Positions 41,307-50,600 of a stretch of DNA of 51,289 nucleotides are shown here, in pieces. The position numbers and the translations under genes were made by a program. The DNA lies in NCBI GenBank assembly GCA_031414955.1, contig JANOQV010000089.1, positions 1-51,289 on the forward strand, given 5' to 3'. Within the stretch, counting starts at the first letter, position 1, and every line of letters starts with the position of its first letter. The stretch comes from Pedosphaera sp. Its GTDB lineage: Bacteria; Verrucomicrobiota; Verrucomicrobiia; Limisphaerales; SIBH01. The notes beneath the pieces are model-generated. The model saw only the letters and a list, made by a program, of their open reading frames with translations, was not told the DNA's origin and searched no databases.

Positions 41307-42467
41307 CTACCGGTGAAAAGACTTGGTGAAGTCGTCGCTGGCGATTTTTACGACTTTTTTCTGCACGGTGGAGCCGGCGATGAGTTCGTTAAGCTTGTGC
41401 TCCCAAGCCGCGCCGTCGAGCGGGAGCTGGACGGGGCTTTCGAGGAGCGACGAGTAGAGGAGGACGTTGGCCAGTTCCACCGAGCCCATTCCTTGCTCGC
41501 CCGGGGCGATGAGCGGAGTGCCATCGAGGATGGCGTCGACGAAGTTCTGCATGATGGTGGCGTGGGCGTTGCCGGCGTCGGCGAAGGGAATCTCGGCGTT
41601 CCACACTTCCGGCTTGGCAAATCCGCTCTTCGCGCTCTGGCTGAACTCGATCATGTCCGCGTCGTTGCGCGTGAAGGTCAGCTGGTCGTTCTCCAGCACC
41701 AGCTTGCCGCGGGTGCCGACAATCTCGAAACGGTTTGTGCCCGGCGCTTCGCCGGTCGAGGAGATGAAAACGCCGGTCGCGCCCTGGGCCCATTCCAAGT
41801 AGCAGGTCACGTTGTCCTCGACCTCAATGTTGTGGAAGCGGCCGAGCTGGCAGAAGCCGCGCACGCGCGAGGGCATGCCGCACAACCATTGGAGCATGTC
41901 GAGCTGGTGCAGGCATTGGTTGAGCAGCACCCCGCCACCCTCACCCTTCCAGGTCGCGCGCCAGCCGCCGCTGGCGTAGTAAGCCTCGGTGCGAAACCAG
42001 TCGGTGATGATCCAGTTGATGCGCACGATGGATCCAAGCTCGCCGGTCTGGATGAGCTTCTGAATCTTGGCGTAGCGCGGCTCGACCCGCATCTGGAACA
42101 TGCCGGCGAAGACTTGTTTGGGATGCTTCTTCGCGCAGGCGATCAGCCGTTCGGCGTCGGCCTTGTGCGCGGAGATTGGTTTCTCGATCATCGTGTGCAA
42201 GCCCGCTTCGAGCGCCGCGATGCCCAGCGTGGTGTGTTGGAAATGCGGCGTGGCCACAATCAGCGCGTCGCACTTTCCGGATTGGATCATCTCGTGGCCA
42301 TCGGTGAAGAGGTTCGGAATCCGGCCGCGGTACATCTCCAGTTCTGCCGGCACCACGCTGCAGGCCGCCGTCAGTTCCGCCCGGGAGATTTTCCCGTCGA
42401 GCAGGTACCCGCAATGATGCTTGCCGATGTTGCCCAGTCCGATGATGCCAAGACGCACTTTGTTCAT
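41307..42467 (-). CDS. Gfo/Idh/MocA family NAD(P)-dependent oxidoreductase
   Basis: GIIGLGNIG, ATPH..H, EKP, WR..W..EGGG.L.NQ..H.LD, VED. Confidence 0.95.
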   Translation of the reverse strand: MNKVRLGIIGLGNIGKHHCGYLLDGKISRAELTAACSVVPAELEMYRGRIPNLFTDGHEMIQSGKCDALIVATPHFQHTTLGIAALEAGLHTMIEKPISAHKADAERLIACAKKHPKQVFAGMFQMRVEPRYAKIQKLIQTGELGSIVRINWIITDWFRTEAYYASGGWRATWKGEGGGVLLNQCLHQLDMLQWLCGMPSRVRGFCQLGRFHNIEVEDNVTCYLEWAQGATGVFISSTGEAPGTNRFEIVGTRGKLVLENDQLTFTRNDADMIEFSQSAKSGFAKPEVWNAEIPFADAGNAHATIMQNFVDAILDGTPLIAPGEQGMGSVELANVLLYSSLLESPVQLPLDGAAWEHKLNELIAGSTVQKKVVKIASDDFTKSFHR

Positions 42468-42591
42468 GAGGGAGCGACGTTAGCCAAACGAGGCGTGGCG
42501 GCAAATGCAGAATCATGTTCCGGGTAGCACGCGGGCGCGGCCGGCCCGTGGAGCGTCGAGCTTGAACGGTCCCAGGGCCGGTCGGCTTGAT

Positions 42592-43017
42592 TCACACGGG
42601 CCGCTTCGACCAGTCTCCTTGCGAGCGGCGCAAGTATTCGGTGCGCTCGAAGCCGTGCCGCTCGTAGAGCGAATGCGCATCGCGCGTGCGCAGGCATTGG
42701 GTGCTGGTTTGCAGTTCAGGATGGCCCACCAGGATTTCCACCATCCACTTGCCCAAGCCCCGGCCGCGGTGGGCGGGGGCGACAATCACGTCGCACAGGT
42801 AGGTGAAGGTGGAGTAGTCGGTGACGGCGCGCGCGAAGCCCACCTGTATTCCAGCGTGAAACAAGCCGAGACAGAACGAGTGTTGCATGGATTTCTCAAT
42901 CTGTTCCCGCGTCCGGCCCGCGGCCCAGTAGGTCGGGTTCAGCAGGGCGCAGACGGCGTCCGATTGCAAACGCGTGGTGTCGTCGCTCAACTCGTATGCC
43001 TCGCGCTGCCAGTTCAT
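42592..43017 (-). CDS. GNAT family N-acetyltransferase
   Basis: YWA..R, QVGFAR.VTD..TF.YLCDV.V...HRG.GLG, T.DAH.LY...GF. Confidence 0.92.
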   Translation of the reverse strand: MNWQREAYELSDDTTRLQSDAVCALLNPTYWAAGRTREQIEKSMQHSFCLGLFHAGIQVGFARAVTDYSTFTYLCDVIVAPAHRGRGLGKWMVEILVGHPELQTSTQCLRTRDAHSLYERHGFERTEYLRRSQGDWSKRPV

Positions 43018-43085
43018 GGTGTTGGAGAGTGACGTCCGCCTCGGGCAAATGCAGCCACTGATTCGCTCCCGCGCGGGATTTGTAA

Positions 43086-43260
43086 GAGCCGGTCTGAAAT
43101 TCCAGAATCCGGTGGCACCAGACCTGGATGGAGTGCGCCCGTCCCGGGCGCAGCGACGCACGAACTGAGGCCGGCGTGGGTTTTTGGTGCGCCTTCCACC
43201 TTTTCAAGCTTCTGCGCCCGAGACGGGCGCACTCCGTCCGCCTGATTTTCAGACAGGCTC
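43086..43260. mobile_element. 175-bp IS5-family-like MITE containing a GGAG REP doublet, copy 1
   Basis: TIRs gagccggtctgaaa / tttcagacaggctc; TAA duplicated at 43083-43085 and 43261-43263; internal ggagtgcgcccgtcccgggcgcag ... ctgcgcccgagacgggcgcactcc. Confidence 0.85.
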
Positions 43261-43271
43261 TAAGTTGGCTT

Positions 43272-44189
43272 TCAACGCCGCCAGCCGGTGGCCTCGATCC
43301 GTTTGAATTCCTGCTCCACCTCTGCGCCTTCGTAGAAGGACAGCCAGCCGCGCAGGCGTTTCGTTTCGCCGGGCGCGCAGTCCGGAAATTTCGGGTCCGA
43401 GTGCAGGCAGGGCACCGGGGGATTGGCCCAGGCGCGGTGGGCCGCCTCCCAGGCCGTGATGATCCAGCGGCGTCGATCGGGAGAGGCGCAGGCCGTGTAG
43501 GGCGAGGAAAGCACCTTGTTCGCGTTCGTCTGCGCGTTGAAACCAGCGGCGGCCTTGAGCATCAGGCAGTTTTGCACCCGTAAGCCCGTGAGCGTTTGGT
43601 CTGTGCCATTGCGGAGCCACAATTCCATCCGCACCGCGTCCGAGGACGGCTTGATCTTGGCGCCGAAGCCAATCTGGTTGGGCAGCATCCGCTCACTCTC
43701 GAGCGAGCCATCGGGGTTCCGTTTCCATTCCAGCGGTGGCAGCGTCACGCCCTGCTGCGACCAGATGGTCGGGATGTGCGTGTGCGCGAGATAGGTCAGG
43801 CCCAGGTTCGAGAAGATGGCCTCCGGCAAATCCATGACCACGTAGCTCGCGGCCTCCCACGGCAGGAAGACGCTGAACTTGGTCTCGCGCTGCGGATCGA
43901 TCGCGCCGTCGAGGAAACCGCAGCGCGGATGGCGACCGCCGGGATAGGGAAGCACCAGCAGAGAATTGGTGGCACGAACCGGGCGGACCCCGGGATCGCG
44001 AAGTGCCCGGGCCAGGTCGTTGGTGGCGAGACCAGTCACCTCGGACATCTCGGCCAGAGTGAATTGGTGCGTGACCATGTTGGCCAGCCAGGAGCGAAGC
44101 TCGGCGACGTCCTTGGTCGGGCGAAGTTGACCGGCGGAAACCGCGAGCGGGAGGGCCAACAGCAGTAGAATTAAAGTCAATTGTCTCAT
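43272..44189 (-). CDS. Conserved-looking secreted hypothetical protein
   Basis: Signal peptide; [37 protein letters not shown]-rich codon bias; no function recognised. Confidence 0.75.
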   Translation of the reverse strand: MRQLTLILLLLALPLAVSAGQLRPTKDVAELRSWLANMVTHQFTLAEMSEVTGLATNDLARALRDPGVRPVRATNSLLVLPYPGGRHPRCGFLDGAIDPQRETKFSVFLPWEAASYVVMDLPEAIFSNLGLTYLAHTHIPTIWSQQGVTLPPLEWKRNPDGSLESERMLPNQIGFGAKIKPSSDAVRMELWLRNGTDQTLTGLRVQNCLMLKAAAGFNAQTNANKVLSSPYTACASPDRRRWIITAWEAAHRAWANPPVPCLHSDPKFPDCAPGETKRLRGWLSFYEGAEVEQEFKRIEATGWRR

Positions 44190-44190
44190 G

Positions 44191-44769
44191 TCAGTATGCC
44201 TCGATGAAATGCTTCAGCTCCGTTTGCAATTGTTCCACAGGCAGTCCGATGACGTTGGTGAAGGAGCCGTCAACCTTCTCCGCAATCAGGTCGCCGTGAT
44301 CCTGAATGGCATAGGCTCCGGCCTTGTCGAGCGGGTCGATGCGGCGGAGATAGTCCGTGATTTGTTCCGTCCGCAGCGGTTTGAAGGTGACGCGCGTGAT
44401 CTCGGCAAACAGTCGCTGCCGATGAGGCCGCAGGTGCAGCAGGCAGACCCCGGTGATGACCAGATGCTGCCGACCTGCCAAATCAGCCAGCATGCGCGCG
44501 GCCTGCGCGAGATCCTTTGGCTTGCCGAAAACCCTGCGCCCCAAACACACCTCGGTGTCCGCGCCGATGATCAGAGCGTCGGGATGCAGCTTGGCCACGA
44601 CCCTGGCCTTGCGATACGCGTTCAGCAGGCAGGCTTCGACTGGCGATAAATGTTCCGGCTGAAATTCCTCCGCGTGGCCGGGGATGATCTGGAAATGATC
44701 CGCGACCCGGCGCAACAGTTCCGCCCGGCGCGGCGAGGCCGAGGCGAGAATGATGGGCGGCATTTCCAT
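44191..44769 (-). CDS. maf: Maf family nucleoside triphosphate pyrophosphatase (YhdE type)
   Basis: [39 protein letters not shown]. Confidence 0.95.
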   Translation of the reverse strand: MEMPPIILASASPRRAELLRRVADHFQIIPGHAEEFQPEHLSPVEACLLNAYRKARVVAKLHPDALIIGADTEVCLGRRVFGKPKDLAQAARMLADLAGRQHLVITGVCLLHLRPHRQRLFAEITRVTFKPLRTEQITDYLRRIDPLDKAGAYAIQDHGDLIAEKVDGSFTNVIGLPVEQLQTELKHFIEAY

Positions 44770-44872
44770 CCCCGGAGGGTAGGGGATGGCCTGAGGAATG
44801 TCAGTGCTCAGTTCTCAGGACTGACCACCAGAGAGCAGCGGGCAGAACACAAACTGGGCTTCGATGGGCTGA

Positions 44873-45047
44873 GAGCCGGTCTGAAAAGTCACTGATGCGG
44901 CGCAAGCTGCCCGCCCCGGAGTGCGCCCGTCTTGGGCGCAGCGACGCTCGCACTGCGGCCGGAGTGGATTTTTCTCGCGCCTTCCACCTTTTCAAGTTTC
45001 TACGCCCGAGACGGGCGCACTCGTGCGCCTGATTTTCAGACAGGCTC
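44873..45047. mobile_element. 175-bp IS5-family-like MITE containing a GGAG REP doublet, copy 2
   Basis: Same TIRs, length and internal REP pair as 43086-43260; flanks TGA (44870-44872) and TAA (45048-45050). Confidence 0.85.
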
Positions 45048-46405
45048 TAAACTTGGCGACGGCCAATCCAGAGGCTGGCTGCATCCAGCCTGAGCATGAC
45101 TTGCTCCCGGCCCAGAACCGCCATCAAGTGATACAAACTAGGACCGACCGATTGGCCGGTGCAGGCGAGGCGCAGCGGATGAACGAGCAACCCGGGCTTG
45201 ACGCCCATTTCTACGGCGGCGGCCTTTAATCCTGCCTCCAAGTGAGCCGCCTCGAACTCCTCCAGAGCCGCAAAGCGCGCCTTGAGCAGGGCGAGGCGCG
45301 GCAGAGCTTCGGTCGTCAGATGTTTCTGCGCCTCAGCGGAATCATATGAAACGGCCCCGGAAAAATAGAACCGCGCCGATTCCGGATGGTCGATCAACTG
45401 CTGATGCTTCTCGCGATAAGTGGCCAACGCGGCGGACACGTAGGCCGGGGCATGGCCGGAGGTGACAATGCCCGCCCGCTCCAGTTGGCTGACCATCAGC
45501 GAGTCGAAGCGTTCGGGCGGAGCGATTTTCAGATGTTCTGAGTTGAGCCACTTCAATTTGGACATGTCAAAGCGCGCGTTGTGCCGGACAATCTGGGGCA
45601 AATCAAACGCGGCCATGGCCTCCTGGGCGGAGAAAATCTCGGACGGTGTTTTGGGAGACCAGCCCAACAAACAGAGGTAATTGAGGACTGCTTCCGGCAG
45701 AAAAAGCCCATGCTGATAAGTCGCTAACGAGGCTCCATCATCGCGCTTGCTCATCTTTGAACCGTCCTGGTTCAGGATGAGGGGAATGTGGGCGTAGAGC
45801 GGCGGGGCGACCCCGAAGGCCCGGAAGAGTGCAATGTGCTTGGCCGTGTTCGAGAGATGGTCCTCCCCGCGAATGACATGCGTGATGCCCATCTCCAGAT
45901 CATCCACCACGTTGACGAAATGGAACACCGGCTGCCCATCGGAACGAACCAGCACGAAGTCCGGATCCTGTTCCTCCCGGTCGGTGAGCGGACGCGTCAC
46001 CTCGCCGACGACGAGATCGGGAATGAGCACGGGCGCGCGCTCCATGCGGAAGCGCACCGCGCCGTCCCGTTCGTAAGCCGATCCGCGATCCTTCAACTCC
46101 TGCACCCGGCGGGCGTAAATCTCTTTGCGTTGCGATTGGAAGTACGGACCGTGCGGCCCCTGACTCGGCCCCTGCGCGTCGGCGGTCAACGGACCTTCGT
46201 CCCATTGCAGCCCCAGCCACCGCAACCCTTCGAGGATCACGTTCACCGCCTCCTGCGTGTTGCGCGCCGCGTCCGTGTCCTCAATGCGGAGCACGAACGT
46301 GCCGCCCATGTGGCGGGCATAAAGCCAGTTGAACAAAGCCGTGCGCGCCCCACCAATGTGGAGATAACCCGTGGGACTCGGCGCAAAACGAACGCGAACA
46401 CTCAT
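45047..46405 (-). CDS. gltX: Glutamate--tRNA ligase
   Basis: RVRFAPSPTG.LHIGG, LRIEDTD, RGEDH, KMSKR, C-terminal anticodon-binding domain PLR.A.TG...GP.L. Confidence 0.96.
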   Translation of the reverse strand: MSVRVRFAPSPTGYLHIGGARTALFNWLYARHMGGTFVLRIEDTDAARNTQEAVNVILEGLRWLGLQWDEGPLTADAQGPSQGPHGPYFQSQRKEIYARRVQELKDRGSAYERDGAVRFRMERAPVLIPDLVVGEVTRPLTDREEQDPDFVLVRSDGQPVFHFVNVVDDLEMGITHVIRGEDHLSNTAKHIALFRAFGVAPPLYAHIPLILNQDGSKMSKRDDGASLATYQHGLFLPEAVLNYLCLLGWSPKTPSEIFSAQEAMAAFDLPQIVRHNARFDMSKLKWLNSEHLKIAPPERFDSLMVSQLERAGIVTSGHAPAYVSAALATYREKHQQLIDHPESARFYFSGAVSYDSAEAQKHLTTEALPRLALLKARFAALEEFEAAHLEAGLKAAAVEMGVKPGLLVHPLRLACTGQSVGPSLYHLMAVLGREQVMLRLDAASLWIGRRQV

Positions 46406-46578
46406 GTGATTTATTTTTGTGATTACGAACCATCAGGCCGTGGCCCGACGCGAACGAAGGCCGCGACGTTAAAGCCGGGCCTTTCGCCCTGGCAAGGAAC
46501 GGTTGGGCGAGGGAAGCGATTGAAAGTGGCGGGCCGGACGGCGAGAAGACGGAGGGTGCCGTTGCTGAGCGCCGGAGG

Positions 46579-46746
46579 CACGGCGAGAGAGTAGCCCACG
46601 GCGGCAAGCGTGGAAAAATGATCCGCCGCCGGTCCCAGCGGGACGAAAGACTGGCCGTCGCGAGGATCCTCTCGCCCCGCTGGGGCTGGGTCGTCTGGTC
46701 CATCTGATCCCACGGCCGCCGCTGCGGGCTGTTCCACTTCGCCGTG
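46579..46746. repeat. Nested composite REP-like inverted element
   Basis: cacggcga/tcgccgtg outer arms; tagcccacgg...cgtgg / cccacgg...gggctg; inner gtcccagcgggacgaaaga / tctcgccccgctggggct. Confidence 0.65.
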
Positions 46747-46787
46747 CGCCGCTGCGGCCGCGGCCCTTCCGAATTCGGAGTTCGGGA

Positions 46788-47567
46788 CTAATTCTCCCAG
46801 CCAAGGATGTTGTCCTTGTTGGCTCCCATTCCCTTGCCCGTGTCGCTCATGCCGGTGGCGGCATTTTCGTCCACCTTGCCGTCCGGGCCGAGGGACCAGA
46901 CCAGCACGGCCTGCGGAATCTCCGGCGCCAGATTGGGCAGTCGCTTGCGCTTGCGCAGCGTGGCGTAAAAGCCGTCGAAGGTGTTGTTGTCAAAATTCAT
47001 GTCGAGACTGATCAGGTACGGATTGCCCCACGGATCGCGAAAGATCCCGTCTGGGCCGAAGCCGCCGGAAGAGGAGCTGCCGGCCTGGCGCAGGTTGAGG
47101 AACTGGTGCTTCTGGGGATTGCGCACATGATTCACGTTTTCTGTGGGAGTGCCGTCACCGAATTTTTCCAGGTCCATCACGATGCCGATGACCTCGGAGT
47201 TATTGTGATAGTGCGACATGGGGCCGGCCGGATAACTGATGATGGTGGGATAGGTGGGCTTGAGCGCCACGCCGGCCGTGTCGGTGGTGCCGAAGGTGAA
47301 ATCGCCCGAACCCAGGTTGTTGCCCGCGCACTCGGTGGCGGCCTTGGTGGTCGGCCACACGCTGTAGGTGGATTGGTACTGGTTGATGGCCGAGACCAGG
47401 GTGGTGATGTCCATCCGGGCGCTCTGCACCTTGGCCTTCTGCTTGGCGCTGGCCAGTACCGGGAGCAGCAGTGCGGCCAGCAGGGCGATGATCGAGATGA
47501 CCACCAGCAGTTCAATGAGAGTGAATCCCCGTCCAGTGCGGCGGGGCGTTGTGATTGAATTAGTCAT
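46788..47567 (-). CDS. Prepilin-type (GspG-like pseudopilin) protein
   Basis: [27 protein letters not shown]...Y..WP, DPWGNPY, VWSLGPDG, DNI..W; start at 47567 or 47585. Confidence 0.9.
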   Translation of the reverse strand: MTNSITTPRRTGRGFTLIELLVVISIIALLAALLLPVLASAKQKAKVQSARMDITTLVSAINQYQSTYSVWPTTKAATECAGNNLGSGDFTFGTTDTAGVALKPTYPTIISYPAGPMSHYHNNSEVIGIVMDLEKFGDGTPTENVNHVRNPQKHQFLNLRQAGSSSSGGFGPDGIFRDPWGNPYLISLDMNFDNNTFDGFYATLRKRKRLPNLAPEIPQAVLVWSLGPDGKVDENAATGMSDTGKGMGANKDNILGWEN

Positions 47568-47601
47568 AGTTGGTCTTGGTTGCATGATTGCGGTCATTCG
47601 A

Positions 47602-50600
47602 TCAGGGCTGCGAGGCGCGATAGAAATGGTGCGGATACAAGGGAGCCTGTGGGTCAACAAACACCGACGGGCTGACGCCATAAACATTCGTGGAGATGGG
47701 CGTCCAGATGATCAGATTCGCCGAGCGCTCGATGATGGTCGGCACCCCGGTCCGCCCCCAAACATCCATGGCCATCGCGCCGTCGGGCTGCACGCGTGGA
47801 TTGGCCAGCATCAGCGGCGACTCCACTCCCCATTCCATGTTCAAACTCCAGCGGCTCATGCTGCCCGCGTCGCCCGAAATGTCGTCATAGACGAAGAGCT
47901 TCCACGGTCCGTTGGGTTGCGCACCGATGAATGTCGCGAGGTTCGTTGCGTACGGTCCGGCTGGGGCGGGAGCACTGAACCCCACGCCGGGGTTGTAATT
48001 CGCGGGCCGGTAGCTGCCCGAAACCAAGGTGCCCGAGTACGGCACCGGCAGGCTGGCGGCGTCCGCGAAGGTGAGATTTACCCCGCCGCCCGCCACCGCA
48101 TCACCCGCGCCCGCCATCAGCATGACTTTGCGCCCATCCGGGCTGACCAGCAGCACGTTGACGTCCGATGGGAAGGTGTGCGTGAAACCATAAAGCGTGA
48201 CCGTGAGCTTCTTCACCACCCCCGGCACGCACTGCGGCGTGATCACGGAAGGATAAGGATTGGCCGCGCCAAACATCGGGATGCTGATGGCTGCGTTGTT
48301 CGAATACGCGAGCAGGTTGGTGGTCGGCAACGGCAGCACGGTCAAGCTCGCGCTGTTGGTGACTGCCCGGCACAGCGTGCGGACTTCCACCGAGTACACA
48401 CCGCTGTTGGTGGTTTGCGGGCTGGGCAGCAGCAGTGCGTTGTTCGTCTGCCCGGTTAGAATCTGGCCGTTGAACTTCCAGGCAAACGTAATCGGATCGG
48501 GCGCGGTGGCGATCACTTGGAACAGAGCTGGATCGAGGGCGCAGCGGGTTTGGTTGGTCAGCGCCGAAACCGTCAGCACGCCCGAACAGGAGAGAACCAC
48601 CACCACTCTTTGCTGGCAGGAGTTGGTCAAACCGGCCGAGTCCGTCACCGTCCACGTCACCGTGTTCGTGCCCACCGAGAACACGGCCGGCGCGTTGCTC
48701 GTCACACTCACCACCGTGCAATTGTCCGACACCATCGGCAGGCCCAGCGCCACGTTCGTCACTGTGTTTGCGCCTGGCGTGGTGTTGATCGTGATATTGG
48801 CCGGGCAGGTGATGAGCGGCGGTTGGGTGTCGATGACCGTGACCGTGAAGGTGCAACGGTTGGTGTTGCCGCTCGCATCCGTGGCCGTGCTGGTCACGGT
48901 CGTGGTCCCCACCGGGAAGGCGAATCCACTGGCCGGCACGCTCACCAGGCTGGCGACTGCGCCGCAATTATCCGCGCTCGTCACGGTGAACGTGATATTG
49001 CTCGAACACTGGCCGGCTGAGGCGTTCACCGTGATGTTCGCCGGGCAACTGATCGTCGGTGCCGTCGTGTCCCGCACAATCACCCGCTGCGTGCAACGGT
49101 TGGTATTGCCACTGCCGTCGGTCACCGTCCAGGTGACGAGGTTGGTGCCAGGCGGATAGCTCGCCGGGGCGTTGCTCGACACAGAGGCGATGCTGCAATT
49201 GTCGCTGACCACCGGGCTGCCCAAGACCACGTTCACTGCGAAGCAACTGGCATTGGCCGACACCGTGACCTCCGCCGGGCAGGTGATGGTCGGCGGAGTG
49301 GTGTCGCGCACGATCACGCGCTGAGTGCAGGTGTTGGTGTTGCCGTGGCCGTCAATGACTGACCAGGTCACGAGGTTCGCCCCGAGCAGATAAACCGCCG
49401 GCGCGTTGCTGGTCACCGAGGTCACGCTGCAATTGTCACTGACCACCGGGCTGCCGAGAGTCAGGTTCGTCGCCGTGCAACCGGCATTCGCCGACACCGT
49501 GATGTCCTCTGGGCAGATGATGGTGGGAAGCTGAGTGTCCCGGACGACGACCTGCTGTTCGCAGGTCGCTGCGTTGCCGTGAATGTCGGTGACCGTCCAC
49601 AACACCAGATTGGTTCCCACCGTGAAACTGATCGGGGCATTGCTGCTGACGGAGGCAACGCCGCAGTTGTCGGCGGTGATCGGAGTGCCGAGGGCGACGC
49701 CGGTGGCGAAGCACGCGCCGAGGTCGGCGTTGAACGAGACGGTGGGCGGGCAGGTGATGAGCGGCAACTGGGTGTCATTGACGATGACCATCTGCTCGCA
49801 GGTCGCCGTGTTGCCGTGAAGGTCGGTCACAGTCCAGACCACCAAATTGGTCCCCACCGCAAAGCTGGCCGGAGCGTTGCTGGAGACGGAGGCCACGCCA
49901 CAGTTGTCGGAAGTGACGGGGGAGCCGAGCACCACGCCGGTGGCGAAGCACGCACCCAGGTCGGCATTGACCGAGATGGTGGCGGGGCAGGTGATCGTGG
50001 GGAGTTGAGTGTCGCGAACGATGACCTGTTGCGCGCAGGTGGCGGCGTTGCCATGAATGTCGGTGACCGTCCACAGCACCAAGTTGGTTCCGACCGCGAA
50101 GCTGGCCGGAGCGTTGCTGCTGACCGAGGCGACGGCGCAGTTGTCGGAAGTGATCGGGGTGCCGAGGGCGACGCCGGTGGCGAAGCACATTCCCAAGTCC
50201 GCATTGATCGTGACGGAGGCCGGGCAGGTGATGAGCGGGAGTTGGGTGTCATTGACGATGACCTGCTGTTCGCAGGTCGCCGAGTTGCCGTGGATGTCGG
50301 TCACGGTCCAGATGACGAGATTGGTGCCGACGGCAAACGAAGCTGGAGCATTGCTCGAGACGGAGGCGCCGGCGCAGTTGTCGGACGTGATGGGCGTGCC
50401 GAGGGCGACACCGGTGGCGAAGCAGCTTCCCAAATCCGCGTTGACCGTGACGGCGGCCGGACAGGTGATGAGCGGGAGCTGAGTGTCGTTCACGATGACC
50501 GATTGCTGGCAGGTGGCGGAGTTGCCGTGAATGTCGGTCACGGTCCAGATCACCGTGTTGGTGCCCACGGCGAACGAGGTCGGAGCGTTGCTGCTGACCG

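Noticed and set aside
44800..44830. TCAGTGC/TCAGTTC heptamer run; also gaattcg/gagttcg at 46771
   Set aside because: Only two to three units, too short to distinguish from chance.
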